Shown here piece by piece: positions 31,122 to 41,463 of a DNA stretch of 64,000 nucleotides. Each line of letters opens with the position of its first letter. Within the stretch, counting starts at the first letter, position 1. A program made the position numbers and the translations under genes. A model generated the notes under the pieces. The model did no database searches, had not been told where the DNA came from, and saw only the letters and a list, made by a program, of their open reading frames with translations. Source of the DNA: Kiritimatiellia bacterium (GTDB lineage: Bacteria > Verrucomicrobiota > Kiritimatiellia > JAAZAB01); contig JAXGPF010000014.1 in NCBI GenBank assembly GCA_040767085.1, positions 64,001 through 128,000 on the forward strand, given 5' to 3'.

Positions 31122-31194
31122 TATAATAAATATGCGCGATCGTTCATTGAGCTTTTCCCGTGGCCTGATATAGATTTATGCCATAGGAGGAACC

Positions 31195-32214
31195 ATGGAC
31201 AAAATAAATGTCGGGATGATCGGATGCGGAATGTTTGCACGTGTAATGCACGCGCCCAACCTGAAAAAGAATATCAAGTATAAAATTCACGCTGTTATGG
31301 ATATTAATCCCCAAGCGGCGGAAAAAATGGCGCAGGATACCGGCGCCGCTTATGCCACGAATGACGTTAATAAAATATTTGCCGATAAGGACATTCACGC
31401 GGTCTTGATCACTACGCGCCACGATTCGCATGCGGCCCTGACAGTTCAGGCTGCCGCTGCCGGCAAACATGTTCTCTGTGAAAAACCCATGGGCTTAAAC
31501 CGGGATGAGTGCCGAGCCGTTGCGGAGGCAATCGCTGAATATGGGGTCAAATATACAGTTGGTTATAACCGCAACTTGGCGCCGATGGTGCAAGAGGCTA
31601 AAATACTGTTGCGCCGGATTTCCGGCAAAAAAATGATTTATCATCGATTGCAGGCGGCCTTTCCAGCAAATAGCTGGACACATGATCCCAAAGTAGGCGG
31701 CGGCCGTTTTGTCGGAGAGGGGTGCCATATATTCGATTTGTTATGCGAACTGATCGAAGCGCCTCCAGTATCTGTTTATGCAGCCGGCGGAATATTTTTG
31801 GATCCGGGGAAGGTCAACATACCGGACAGCGGGATTATTACTATTGCCTTCGCGGATGGATCCGTTGGAACAACATTGATCGCAAGCGCCGGTTGCAAAA
31901 CATTTCCCAAGGAGGCTACGGAAATATATTGCGATGGTCGAGCCATTATTATCAATGATTTCAAGGAACTATCCTGGCATGGGTTTGAAGGCGCGATCAG
32001 CCGCAGCATGTCTGTTCCTGTCTCTGATAAAGGCCAGCAAATCGAAATAGATCTTTTTGCCGATGCCATTATAAACGATACTGCCAGTCCGAATGGGGTG
32101 GCGCAAGCCGCGCGCGCAGCGCTGATCAGTTTTATGGTCAACGAGTCCATCGCGTCCGGACAGCCAATCCGGATCAGTGAAAAAGATTACATGTTGAAAA
32201 AGGGAATGTCATGA
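31195..32214 (+). CDS. Gfo/Idh/MocA family oxidoreductase
   Basis: VGMIGCG, ITTRHDSH, HVLCEKPM, VGYNR, GGGRFVGEGCHIFD; AGGAGG RBS. Confidence 0.92.
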   Translation: MDKINVGMIGCGMFARVMHAPNLKKNIKYKIHAVMDINPQAAEKMAQDTGAAYATNDVNKIFADKDIHAVLITTRHDSHAALTVQAAAAGKHVLCEKPMGLNRDECRAVAEAIAEYGVKYTVGYNRNLAPMVQEAKILLRRISGKKMIYHRLQAAFPANSWTHDPKVGGGRFVGEGCHIFDLLCELIEAPPVSVYAAGGIFLDPGKVNIPDSGIITIAFADGSVGTTLIASAGCKTFPKEATEIYCDGRAIIINDFKELSWHGFEGAISRSMSVPVSDKGQQIEIDLFADAIINDTASPNGVAQAARAALISFMVNESIASGQPIRISEKDYMLKKGMS

Positions 32215-33143
32215 TAAAGGCCGGTTGTATTAATATCGACACATCACATCCGGGTAGCTTTGGCGCATATATGCTTCAAGGCCAGCGTATCCGCTATACG
32301 GCAGTTTATAATGATGGTTTTCGGACCGATGAAATGGTCAATCAATTCATGGGCAAGTATAAGATTGCCGAAAGATGCGCATCTTTGGAAGAACTGGCTG
32401 ACAAGGTAGATGTGGGATTTATCCATAGCTGCAATTGGAATAAAAATATTCAGCTTGCCCTGCCGTTTATCCGAAAAAACAAACCTGTTTTCATTGATAA
32501 GCCGATTGCAGGTTCACTTGCCGAATGCCTTGAACTGGAAGCGCTTGCCGCAAAAGGGGCAAAAATATATGGCAGCTCCTCGTTGCGTTATTGCCGTGAA
32601 GTAAGCGAGTTTATGGCCAAACCGGAAGAAGAGCGCGGCCGGATTATGACGGTCTTCGGCACGGTCGGTTCGGATGAATTTAATTATGCCGTGCATATTG
32701 TAGAGTTATTTGGGGCATTGCTTGGGACTGGCGCGCAATCCTGCCGTTTTCTGGGCCGGGCGCAGACGCCGGGGTTCGATTGCGAGCATTATTATGTTCA
32801 ATACGCCAACGGGGCCACAGCAATCTATAATATAGCGCCAGGATGCAGCCATCCGTTTGAGGTTGTGATTATGACCAGCAAAACAACCTTCCAATTCAGA
32901 GTAAATGTAAAACAGCTTTATAGCACATTGGTTGACCGGATTTGCGATGCGATTGAAAACAATGAAGAATGTATGGCCCGGGTTCCTGCTTTGACGGAAT
33001 CAGTTAAAATCATGCTGGCGGGGCGCATATCGCGCGAGCGCGCCGGTATCCAAATCATGCTTTCTGAAATCCCTGGTAGTGATCCTGGGTATGATGGTTA
33101 TGCCTTCGAAAAAGCCTATAGCAAGCGCTGCATGAAGAAATGA
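32211..33143 (+). CDS. Gfo/Idh/MocA-like oxidoreductase
   Basis: IDTSHP, KPVFIDKPIA, SSLRY, YAVHIVE; ATGA overlap with the upstream gene. Confidence 0.8.
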   Translation: MIKAGCINIDTSHPGSFGAYMLQGQRIRYTAVYNDGFRTDEMVNQFMGKYKIAERCASLEELADKVDVGFIHSCNWNKNIQLALPFIRKNKPVFIDKPIAGSLAECLELEALAAKGAKIYGSSSLRYCREVSEFMAKPEEERGRIMTVFGTVGSDEFNYAVHIVELFGALLGTGAQSCRFLGRAQTPGFDCEHYYVQYANGATAIYNIAPGCSHPFEVVIMTSKTTFQFRVNVKQLYSTLVDRICDAIENNEECMARVPALTESVKIMLAGRISRERAGIQIMLSEIPGSDPGYDGYAFEKAYSKRCMKK

Positions 33144-33179
33144 ATTCCTTAAATGGACGTGAAACATAAACGGTGAACA

Positions 33180-34802
33180 ATGGTTTTAACAAACAAGATT
33201 ATCAGCCCACAACCGGATAATCAATCAAGCAGGTCAAATGACTTCACGCCTGAAATAAAGACGATTCTTTCAGGATTATCGCTTGAACAAAAGATCGGCC
33301 ACCTGGTCATGGGCCGCGGCCTGTGCCGGTTCCCCGATGAAGTCATGGCCATGATCAAGTCCGGGCGCATGGGCGGCATCCAGGCCGGCATCGGCCCGGA
33401 TGAGCCGCGCAAACTGGCCGAAATCCAGCATTCCCTGGCATTACCCCTGTTGGTGGGCGCGGATATGGAGTGGGGCTTTGCCGGCGCATTCCTGCCGGGC
33501 ACGGCCATGCCCAACGCGCTGGCCATGGGCGCGCTGGATGACGAGCAGGCGGCCTATGACTGGGCGGCCCTGGCGGCGCGCGAAGCGCGCGCGTACGGCG
33601 TCAACATGGTTTACGGTCCAGTGGTGGATTTTGCCACCAATCCCGAAAACCCCATGGGAAATATCCGGCTGCTCGGCAGTGACCCGGACCTGGTGATCCG
33701 GCTGGGCGCCGCCATGATCCGCGGCTATCAGGATAACGGCATGCTGGTTTCGGCCAAGCATTATCCCAACGCCGCCGGAAGGCCGGAAGTTGACAATCAC
33801 ATCCAGCAGGGAATCCTGAATTGCGACCGCCATACTTTCGAAAACGAAGAGTTGCGCGTGCATCGCGAACTGGTCCAGCGCGCCAACCTGTCCGGCGTGA
33901 TGTCGGGCCACGTGCTTGTCCCGGCGCTCGACCCTCAGCATATGGCCACCACCTCCGCAATCCTGGTGCAGGCATTGCGCGCCCAGGGATTTGACGGCGT
34001 GCTGATGACCGATTCGCTCGCCATGAAAGGCATCCGGTCGTTCATCCGGAAGGAAGCGTTGCTGCCGGCGGTGCTTGCTTCCGGCCATGACCTGATCCTG
34101 ATTGACTACGCCCAGCCGCCGGAACAGCAGTTCCAGGAATTGCTGGAGACGGTGACGTCCGGCCGCGTGCCCGAGTGCATGATAGACGCGTCGGTTCGGC
34201 GCATCCTGCGCGCCAAGCTCCAGATTGCCCGCCACACGCCGCCCGCGCCGGAGCGCCTCGCGCATCAGGCCGCCTCGCTGGCAATGAGCCGGCGCGCGGT
34301 TACCTTGCAAGGCGATTTTTCCGCTCCCCTGCCATGCCGCGCAGCGCCGGGGCAGACGTTGTTCATCATCGCCCGGGAGGGCAACGTGCCGGAAGTTCTG
34401 ACTGAGCTGGCCAACCAGGCCAGGTTTCACCTGGAAGAACACCTGCAAAAGCATTTCCCGCAATGCCCGCGGTTGAACATCAGCGACAACCCCACTCCCG
34501 TGGATATGGAACACACGCTGGACCAGGCGCTCAATTACCGGCATATCGTATTTATCGCCTATGCCATGTTCCATTCTTACAAAGGGACGGCGGACCTGAG
34601 CCGGCCTTTGCTGGCGATGATCGGCGGGCTGGCGCACAAGCTGGACTGCCTGGTGCTCTTCGGCAATCCATTCGCGGCGCGGCATTTGCCGCCATTGCCC
34701 CGGATGATGTTCCCTTACTGGGGCGGCTGCGCCGAACAGGCGGCGGTGGAAACCCTGGCCGGGCTGAACGAAGCGACAGGGAAACTGCCGGTTACATGGT
34801 GA
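33180..34802 (+). CDS. GH3 glycoside hydrolase, beta-N-acetylglucosaminidase-like
   Basis: ADMEWG, GPVVD...NP..NIR, KHYP....DNH (NagZ-type D-x-H dyad), MSGH, GFDGVLMTDSL (nucleophile), FGNPF. Confidence 0.88.
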   Translation: MVLTNKIISPQPDNQSSRSNDFTPEIKTILSGLSLEQKIGHLVMGRGLCRFPDEVMAMIKSGRMGGIQAGIGPDEPRKLAEIQHSLALPLLVGADMEWGFAGAFLPGTAMPNALAMGALDDEQAAYDWAALAAREARAYGVNMVYGPVVDFATNPENPMGNIRLLGSDPDLVIRLGAAMIRGYQDNGMLVSAKHYPNAAGRPEVDNHIQQGILNCDRHTFENEELRVHRELVQRANLSGVMSGHVLVPALDPQHMATTSAILVQALRAQGFDGVLMTDSLAMKGIRSFIRKEALLPAVLASGHDLILIDYAQPPEQQFQELLETVTSGRVPECMIDASVRRILRAKLQIARHTPPAPERLAHQAASLAMSRRAVTLQGDFSAPLPCRAAPGQTLFIIAREGNVPEVLTELANQARFHLEEHLQKHFPQCPRLNISDNPTPVDMEHTLDQALNYRHIVFIAYAMFHSYKGTADLSRPLLAMIGGLAHKLDCLVLFGNPFAARHLPPLPRMMFPYWGGCAEQAAVETLAGLNEATGKLPVTW

Positions 34803-34853
34803 CGGATAAGGGATGCAGGCACATGCGCGATGATGTTTGCATCGTAGAATAAT

Positions 34854-36212
34854 ATGTCAACAAGCAAAACACATGATGCGGAAATCAAGGTCGGTTGTTC
34901 GGAATCCGTCATAGATGCGCCGTTATTTACCGAACTTTATGGCTATGGCCCTTTTATTGCGCGCCGGAATCGCGGGGTGCACGATCCGCTTTATTGCCGC
35001 TGTGCCAGTTTCAGCGATGGGCGCACGCGCATATTGATCATCAGCAATGACTTGGTGACCATGGATCCGGAGCGCGCGTGGGAGGTGCGCGGGAAAATCG
35101 CATCTTCCGGTCAAATCCCCGCCGAAAATATCATGCTTTGCGGCAGCCATACACATGCCGGGCCGACCATATCGCAGGGGATCGGGTGGGGGGAAGTTGA
35201 CCCGGTATTTGTCAGCAACTGGCAGGATACCGCCTGTCGGACGGCGCTGGCGGCGATTGCGGATGAGACGCCCGCGGCGCTGGCATGCGGCGCGGCGGCA
35301 TTGACCGGCAAATTGGGATATAACCGGGTCTGGCCGGACGGCCCCACTGATCCGGAAATACGCTGGGCGGCCTTCCGCGCGGCCGATGGGGTGGTCAAGT
35401 TGCTGCTGCACAACCATGCCATGCATGGGGTGGTGTTCGGCCGGAGCATGAAGCAAGTATCGGCGGATTGGCCCGGCGCGGTCAATGGCGCTTTGATTGA
35501 GCGTCAATATGCGCAACATGTTGTGTTTTTGCAGGGTGCCGCCGGGGATATTAACTCTGGTCCGCCCTGTTGTCTGTCGCTGGCGGATGGGGAAAAGGAA
35601 CTTGCCAGAATTGCCGATATTTACCTGGAAAGCTTAAAGGCGGGCATGTCCGTCGGGGCGGGGGTTGCAGCGGTTCCCGTGCGGGCGCTGCTGAAAAAGG
35701 TGAAATTGCCGTCCGACCCGGCCAGTCCTTCCGAGTTGCGTGAAACGGCCGCCAAGCTCAGGACGCGGGAACTGCCGGATGCCGATAACCGCGTGGATTA
35801 TCAAGCCAACCGTCTGGAAGAAATGGCGCTGATGGCGGAACGCGGCGCGGATTTGAGCGTTACCACGGATTTACAAGTCTTGCGTATCGGCGAGTTGCTG
35901 ATTCATGCCGTCGGCGGCGAGCCTTTCAATGAGTTGGGCCGTGAAATACTTGAACATAGCCCGGGCCGGCAGGCAATGCTGGCCAGCATTGCCAATGACA
36001 ATTTGCGCTATATCCCGCCGCCCCGTGTCTTTCGCGCGCATCCGGATGTGTTCTCGCGTCAACGCGACCTTGGATATTATGAAGTCCATTTCGCCGGCCT
36101 GGGACGTTGCCGTGCAAAATACCGTCCAGAGATCGGGCCGTTCTTGGTTGAACATTATTTTAAAATGGGCGCCGATATTTATGAGGGCGAGGAGGATAAA
36201 ATTCTTCCATGA
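34854..36212 (+). CDS. Neutral/alkaline ceramidase-like amidohydrolase
   Basis: GVHDPLYCR, SHTHAGP, YNR, NHAMH, SADWPG, FLQGAAGDIN, GEPF, YIP. Confidence 0.85.
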   Translation: MSTSKTHDAEIKVGCSESVIDAPLFTELYGYGPFIARRNRGVHDPLYCRCASFSDGRTRILIISNDLVTMDPERAWEVRGKIASSGQIPAENIMLCGSHTHAGPTISQGIGWGEVDPVFVSNWQDTACRTALAAIADETPAALACGAAALTGKLGYNRVWPDGPTDPEIRWAAFRAADGVVKLLLHNHAMHGVVFGRSMKQVSADWPGAVNGALIERQYAQHVVFLQGAAGDINSGPPCCLSLADGEKELARIADIYLESLKAGMSVGAGVAAVPVRALLKKVKLPSDPASPSELRETAAKLRTRELPDADNRVDYQANRLEEMALMAERGADLSVTTDLQVLRIGELLIHAVGGEPFNELGREILEHSPGRQAMLASIANDNLRYIPPPRVFRAHPDVFSRQRDLGYYEVHFAGLGRCRAKYRPEIGPFLVEHYFKMGADIYEGEEDKILP

Positions 36213-37000
36213 AGATCATGACATGCAATATTCGCACTTCTCTGGCCAGGCGCGATGGCGAGAATGCATGGTTGTGCCGCAAATCCCGGTTGGCGGCTGT
36301 GCTCCGGGAACAGAATGCCGACATTGTTTGTTTCCAGGAAATGACGGCGGATCAGTTCGGATACCTTTCGTCATCTTTCCCCGAATACAATGCTTTTGCC
36401 ATGACCGATGAGCCCTGCGGCACACGCCCGCAAAATTGCATATTTTACCGCCAGGCGGCTTATGTGCAAGTCGCGGCGGGCGGCTACTGGTTGTCTGAAA
36501 CTCCGCATTTGGCGGGGACGAAATCCTGGAACAGCGCGTGTATCCGCTTTGCGAACTGGGTGCGTCTGTTTGACCGGCGGGCGGGAACGGAATTCAGAGT
36601 GGTCAATACGCACTTGGATTGCGACAGCCAGTTGGCGCGCGAGAAACAGGCGGAAATCATTGTCGCCGATGCCGGCGCTTATCCGCGGGCGTATCCGCAA
36701 TTGTTAACGGGTGACATGAACTGCGATTTCCGCAACGCCGCCATTGGCAATCTGAAGCGGGGCGGTTGGGTGGATACTTATGCGGCCGTGCATCAGGCGG
36801 AATATGCCGGCCATACCAGACACGATTATCTGGGCGCGACCTGCCGGTCCGAGGTCGGCAAAATAGATTGGATTTTCATGCGCGGCAAAATATCGGCAAC
36901 GAGCGCCGCCGTGATTACAACGGCAGTGGACGGGAAATATCCCAGCGACCATTATTTTGTCAGCGCCACTTGTGCCGTTGAACGGGCTGGTAATCCGTGA
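36209..37000 (+). CDS. Endonuclease/exonuclease/phosphatase (EEP) family protein
   Basis: MTCNIR, DIVCFQE, WLSETP, NTHLD, TGDMN, IDWIF, PSDH. Confidence 0.92.
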   Translation: MKIMTCNIRTSLARRDGENAWLCRKSRLAAVLREQNADIVCFQEMTADQFGYLSSSFPEYNAFAMTDEPCGTRPQNCIFYRQAAYVQVAAGGYWLSETPHLAGTKSWNSACIRFANWVRLFDRRAGTEFRVVNTHLDCDSQLAREKQAEIIVADAGAYPRAYPQLLTGDMNCDFRNAAIGNLKRGGWVDTYAAVHQAEYAGHTRHDYLGATCRSEVGKIDWIFMRGKISATSAAVITTAVDGKYPSDHYFVSATCAVERAGNP

Positions 37001-37040
37001 CGGCGCGCATGATCGGCGGATTGGCGTTTAAGGAGATAGA

Positions 37041-40000
37041 ATGATAATGATCAAGCATTTACCTGTCTGCATCAGTATAGCAGCCATGGTGATGATCGCC
37101 GAGGCGTCCAGCCTCCCTGAGCTAAGCCTGCCGTTTGTTGACCAGCCGCCGCTAATAGACGGCGTTCCGGACGAGCCGGTCTGGGATACCGCGGCTAAAG
37201 CAGACGGCTTTGTCAATTTAAAAACCAGGGAAAATATCGGTAATGCGCGGATGCTCATGTATCGTGATCGGCATTGGTTATATCTGGCCGGATATTTTTC
37301 CAATGCGGCTATGTCGCATGTCGATTTCATGGTAACGGATCGCGACATGGATGCGCAACGCGATGAATCGGTGGAATATTATCTTGATCCTGGGACGGAA
37401 GGCAAATTTTATTACCACTTTGTGTTGAGCGCTGATAATGTGCAGGGCGAACAACGCGGACGCGACAAAGCGTGGTTTATTCCCTGGCGCTCGGCAACGC
37501 GCCGCTATGCGGATCATTGGACGTCAGAAATGGCGATTCCGCTTACGATATGTGCCGGATATGGCGCATTGGATAAAATCCGGATAAATATTCTCTACAA
37601 TCAAATCAAGATTGCGATGGATGATTACGGCGCGTTGCTTGGCAGGGAACGCATGACGTATACATGGAGTTCAGCTATCAGCTCGCCGCATGAACCGGAC
37701 AATTTCGGCAGATTGCTGGGATTGGGCGATAAACCGATAGAAACGCCTTTCTTGGCCGCTTTGGACCAGGTGCGTGTTGAGCCGTTTAACATTAGGGAAA
37801 AAAGACGCAATTATGCAGTCTCCGGAATGGTGCGCAATTATTCATGTGTAAGCGGAGCGGTAAAGCTTGTTGTTGAGGAATGTTCAGCTTTGACTGATAA
37901 TGTGTCGGAAATAACCAAGGATATCAACTTAGATGGCCATGGACAGGTACCATTCCGGATGGAGGTCAAGGTTGAAGATTATACCCGTCGTACGGCGCGC
38001 GTGCGTCTCGAGGATTCAGCAACCGGAGAAATATTAGCTTGGACAGATAAATTGGACATGACGGCGTTGACACTGGTAACGCATATAGGGGTCAGTCGTA
38101 ATTATTACACGGACGAGCCGGAAGCAGTGGTCGAATGCCAGTTGGGGCTGCCGGCGGATGAATTAGCAAATATGCGGCTGAAAGTCTTTGACGAGAAGGA
38201 GAGGTGCATCGCGGCGTGCGCAGCTCCGGCGCAAAGATCATTTGTGTCTTTTGCAATCGCCAACGTGACGAATGGTGCGCACAATTATATGTTAGCGCTT
38301 GAGGATCAGGAAGGCACATATTTGTTTAAGGAACCTTTTGAATATTGGAAGCGCGCTCCGCGTCCCGGCCATGAAGTTAAAATTGATCAATTTAACCAAA
38401 CCTTGGTTAAAGATGGCCAAGCGATATTTCCGGTGGGGATTTATATGCATGGCGTTACGCATTGGCATGAAGAAATATTTCAAATGGTTGCGGACAAAGG
38501 GTTTAATTTGATGGTGCGGGCCGTCAAGGGGCATGCAATGCCGGAAAGCAGAGCGGATAAATACATGGAGCTTGCGCTAAAACACAATTTGATGGTGTCC
38601 GAATGGTATGGGGTTGAGCCAAAAAATAATTCATCGGCAAGCATGGCGGAGCAGGAAGAGATATGCCGCGCCGATTATGAGCGCATACTGCCTGGAGTGG
38701 AACGCGAGCTGAAAATAATGTCTCGATATCCAAATTTTCTCTTCCACAAGAATGTGGATGAACCTAATCTGTTAAACTGGAATATCCGGATGATTGTTGC
38801 GGAATATTTTTATAGGACCGCGAGCGAACTCGATTATTATCATCCGGTATATACTTTATTTGCGCGGCAGATACCGGATGTATCAAGCGCGTTCAAGGTT
38901 GGGGATATTTATACCTATGATATATATACATATCCAGGTTGGGGGGGGTGGGCAAACGATCCGGTCAAACAAATGGCCAAATACACATCAGAACTGCGCG
39001 CGGCGACAAGGGCGCGACACAAAGCCATGATAGTAGCGCCGCTGGTTACGGCCGTGGATCCGGTCCGTACGCCCTTGCCGCTTTCTGTGAGCGACCAAAG
39101 GGCCCAGACCTACGCCGCGTTGATATATGGCGCAAAGGGATTGATATATTTTTGCTGGTCGAACATTTATGCCGGAGAAATGTGGGAAACTCTTGCTGCG
39201 TTAGCCAAGGAAATAAGCATTCTTGCTCCATCATTATTGGCGCCTGAGCCGAGACAGGAAATTGTTTATTGTCCTGGACATTATGACGCCGCTCAATTGC
39301 GTTTCCCAATGCTGCATACGCGTCTGTTTTCTCATCCAGACGGCGGATATGTATTGCTGGCAGTAAGCTGTTCGGAAAATCCGGTCCACGTCCAATACGT
39401 GATTGATGATTTGCCCGATTCAGCGACGGTGAGTAGAATATTCGGCGATCAGAAGAAATATGACGTTAAGACCAACAGGTATGATGACGAAATCGATAGT
39501 TACGGCACACGCGCTTACCGGATCGACACCGGCAATTTGCGCGGGACAGTTAAGCTAACCGTAAACATGCAAGCGGATGAAAGCCGGCGGCGCCCGCGAA
39601 TTATGTTGCGTCCCGAAGTTGCTGAAATCGAAAAGCAAAAAAATCATATGCCTAATCCGGTATTTAAAAAACGCCGTATGTATGCGCAATTTCCGGATTT
39701 CATGCGTCCGGTGTCCGCAATGTTGCCGAATCTTGGCACGCCCGAATCGGGATGGTTTTTGGACGCCTCCAATGCCTGGCGCGGCTATCCGTCGCTATGC
39801 ATGCGCTGGACCGAGCCATTTGCGAATATCCGGCATGTGGCCGTGCCGGGCAATTGTTGGGATCTCCCCACGGAGGAATATGGCGTATTAAATTCAGTTT
39901 CTCTGGCTTTCAGCGGTGTTACGTTGGTGGCATATCCGAAAATTATGCCGGCGCCTTCCGAATATGTCCTGTCGTTTTATGCCAAAGGGGGCAATAATGG

Positions 40001-40220
40001 CGATAAAATCAGCGTTTATTTGAGCGCCTTTGCTTCAAGCAAGAATATTACGCTTACCGATCAATGGGCGCGTTATGAGTTAGCAGGGCTGCTTAAGCCG
40101 CCGTCGAATTGGTGGCCTGGCACAACGGTTTTAATAAGGCTTTTTCCCGGGGCAACAGTATGGATTAATGGTTTACAAATGGAACAGGGCAAGAAAGCGA
40201 CAGAGTTTACGGAGAGATAA
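37041..40220 (+). CDS. Secreted multi-domain putative glycoside hydrolase (N-terminal CBM9-like, TIM barrel, C-terminal CBM-like)
   Basis: PLIDGVPDEPVW..DESVEYYLDP..WTSEMAIP; DG..IFPVGIY..GFN..VDEP..DIY..ALIYGAKGLIYF; W.NGLQMEQG.ATEF. Confidence 0.75.
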   Translation: MIMIKHLPVCISIAAMVMIAEASSLPELSLPFVDQPPLIDGVPDEPVWDTAAKADGFVNLKTRENIGNARMLMYRDRHWLYLAGYFSNAAMSHVDFMVTDRDMDAQRDESVEYYLDPGTEGKFYYHFVLSADNVQGEQRGRDKAWFIPWRSATRRYADHWTSEMAIPLTICAGYGALDKIRINILYNQIKIAMDDYGALLGRERMTYTWSSAISSPHEPDNFGRLLGLGDKPIETPFLAALDQVRVEPFNIREKRRNYAVSGMVRNYSCVSGAVKLVVEECSALTDNVSEITKDINLDGHGQVPFRMEVKVEDYTRRTARVRLEDSATGEILAWTDKLDMTALTLVTHIGVSRNYYTDEPEAVVECQLGLPADELANMRLKVFDEKERCIAACAAPAQRSFVSFAIANVTNGAHNYMLALEDQEGTYLFKEPFEYWKRAPRPGHEVKIDQFNQTLVKDGQAIFPVGIYMHGVTHWHEEIFQMVADKGFNLMVRAVKGHAMPESRADKYMELALKHNLMVSEWYGVEPKNNSSASMAEQEEICRADYERILPGVERELKIMSRYPNFLFHKNVDEPNLLNWNIRMIVAEYFYRTASELDYYHPVYTLFARQIPDVSSAFKVGDIYTYDIYTYPGWGGWANDPVKQMAKYTSELRAATRARHKAMIVAPLVTAVDPVRTPLPLSVSDQRAQTYAALIYGAKGLIYFCWSNIYAGEMWETLAALAKEISILAPSLLAPEPRQEIVYCPGHYDAAQLRFPMLHTRLFSHPDGGYVLLAVSCSENPVHVQYVIDDLPDSATVSRIFGDQKKYDVKTNRYDDEIDSYGTRAYRIDTGNLRGTVKLTVNMQADESRRRPRIMLRPEVAEIEKQKNHMPNPVFKKRRMYAQFPDFMRPVSAMLPNLGTPESGWFLDASNAWRGYPSLCMRWTEPFANIRHVAVPGNCWDLPTEEYGVLNSVSLAFSGVTLVAYPKIMPAPSEYVLSFYAKGGNNGDKISVYLSAFASSKNITLTDQWARYELAGLLKPPSNWWPGTTVLIRLFPGATVWINGLQMEQGKKATEFTER

Positions 40221-40223
40221 TGA

Positions 40224-41174
40224 ATGCGCCAGTTCCTGAAATATATATGGCTGCTAGGAATGGCGGGATTGTGTCCGGCGCCAGGTATGGCCGGGATTGA
40301 ATATGATGCGGCACGAAATATAATATGGGTATCAGATTATCCGGTGTGGCGCCCTTGTGTTATGGATGATATATTGCGCCAGGACACCATAAATAAATGG
40401 AAACGAACAGCATACAATTATAATGAAGATTTGTACGAAGTTGTGGCGCATGTGTATATTGGAGATGCCAACGGGCGTGATACATATTTTCAGATTGGCG
40501 ACCATACCCATCCGCAGGCAACCATCAAAATGCACGGTAATCTTGTCGTTAGCCCGGATTTGCCATATAATCATACCGATAAATCGCGCATGGCTCAGAA
40601 CGATACGTCTGGCGTAAATGCGCTTACCTTGGGGCGCCATGATAATCCGGAAATCCGTCCAAGGATTCAGTTTGCGCCGGGGTGCGGCTTGCAGGTCGGA
40701 CCGGAAGAAGGAAATAGACAATGGTCCGGTGAAATTTACGTGCATAATGCCGAAATATCCGGATTTACCGGGGAAACCGGCCGGGTGATCGGCATCCAGG
40801 GATGGCTTAACTTGCGGGGGCGTGTTGTGCATTTACTGAGTTCGCGCATTGCGGATGTGCAAAATGGCATTCGCGGCGTCATGGGCGGCGGGTGGAATCA
40901 TAGAGTATATGATATGGTCTTTGAAAACATGGGAGTAGGAATGCGGGGGTATTGGGACAATCGGTACTTGAAAAAACCGCTAGATGCATGCTGTTTTATC
41001 AATTGCGAAACAGCTTTGGAAAATGTATACGGGCAAGTGCTTATGAAAGATTGTGTCTTTCGGAATAATCGCCAGAACTGGAGCTTTAACCGGAGTAGTT
41101 TAGAAAATATATTTTTGGAAAACTGTGAAATAGATGGATGCAAAACCAATGGAAAGGTCCTAAACCTTAAATGA
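40224..41174 (+). CDS. Secreted hypothetical protein with a beta-helix-like C-terminal part
   Basis: Signal-peptide-like start, repeated xxCxFxN motifs; co-oriented, with a 3-nt gap after the upstream stop. Confidence 0.65.
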   Translation: MRQFLKYIWLLGMAGLCPAPGMAGIEYDAARNIIWVSDYPVWRPCVMDDILRQDTINKWKRTAYNYNEDLYEVVAHVYIGDANGRDTYFQIGDHTHPQATIKMHGNLVVSPDLPYNHTDKSRMAQNDTSGVNALTLGRHDNPEIRPRIQFAPGCGLQVGPEEGNRQWSGEIYVHNAEISGFTGETGRVIGIQGWLNLRGRVVHLLSSRIADVQNGIRGVMGGGWNHRVYDMVFENMGVGMRGYWDNRYLKKPLDACCFINCETALENVYGQVLMKDCVFRNNRQNWSFNRSSLENIFLENCEIDGCKTNGKVLNLK

Positions 41175-41463
41175 AGCAAGGTACATGAAAGCATCAAGCA
41201 AAACCTGAGCACATCAAGTCAGCCAAGAATATATACATGCTTTCTTGAAGCTAACTCATAATTAATAAAAACAGAGCAAGAAACCAAACAATATTTGATT
41301 GTAAAAATTCCATCGCATATTTGTCCCGCGGCGGCGGCGCGCGGGCGCCGGCTGCCGGATGTGGATGCGGTTCACTGGGGTTGAGCGGTGTCGGACGCCC
41401 GGGCTGGCGCCGGGAATTTATCCGCATTTCCCGCCATGCGGGAAACACATAGGAGCACAAGTC

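Noticed and set aside
41172..41270. TGA read-through or selenocysteine after ORF 40224..41174
   Set aside because: The downstream frame is short and low-complexity, with no SECIS-like hairpin or redox motif.
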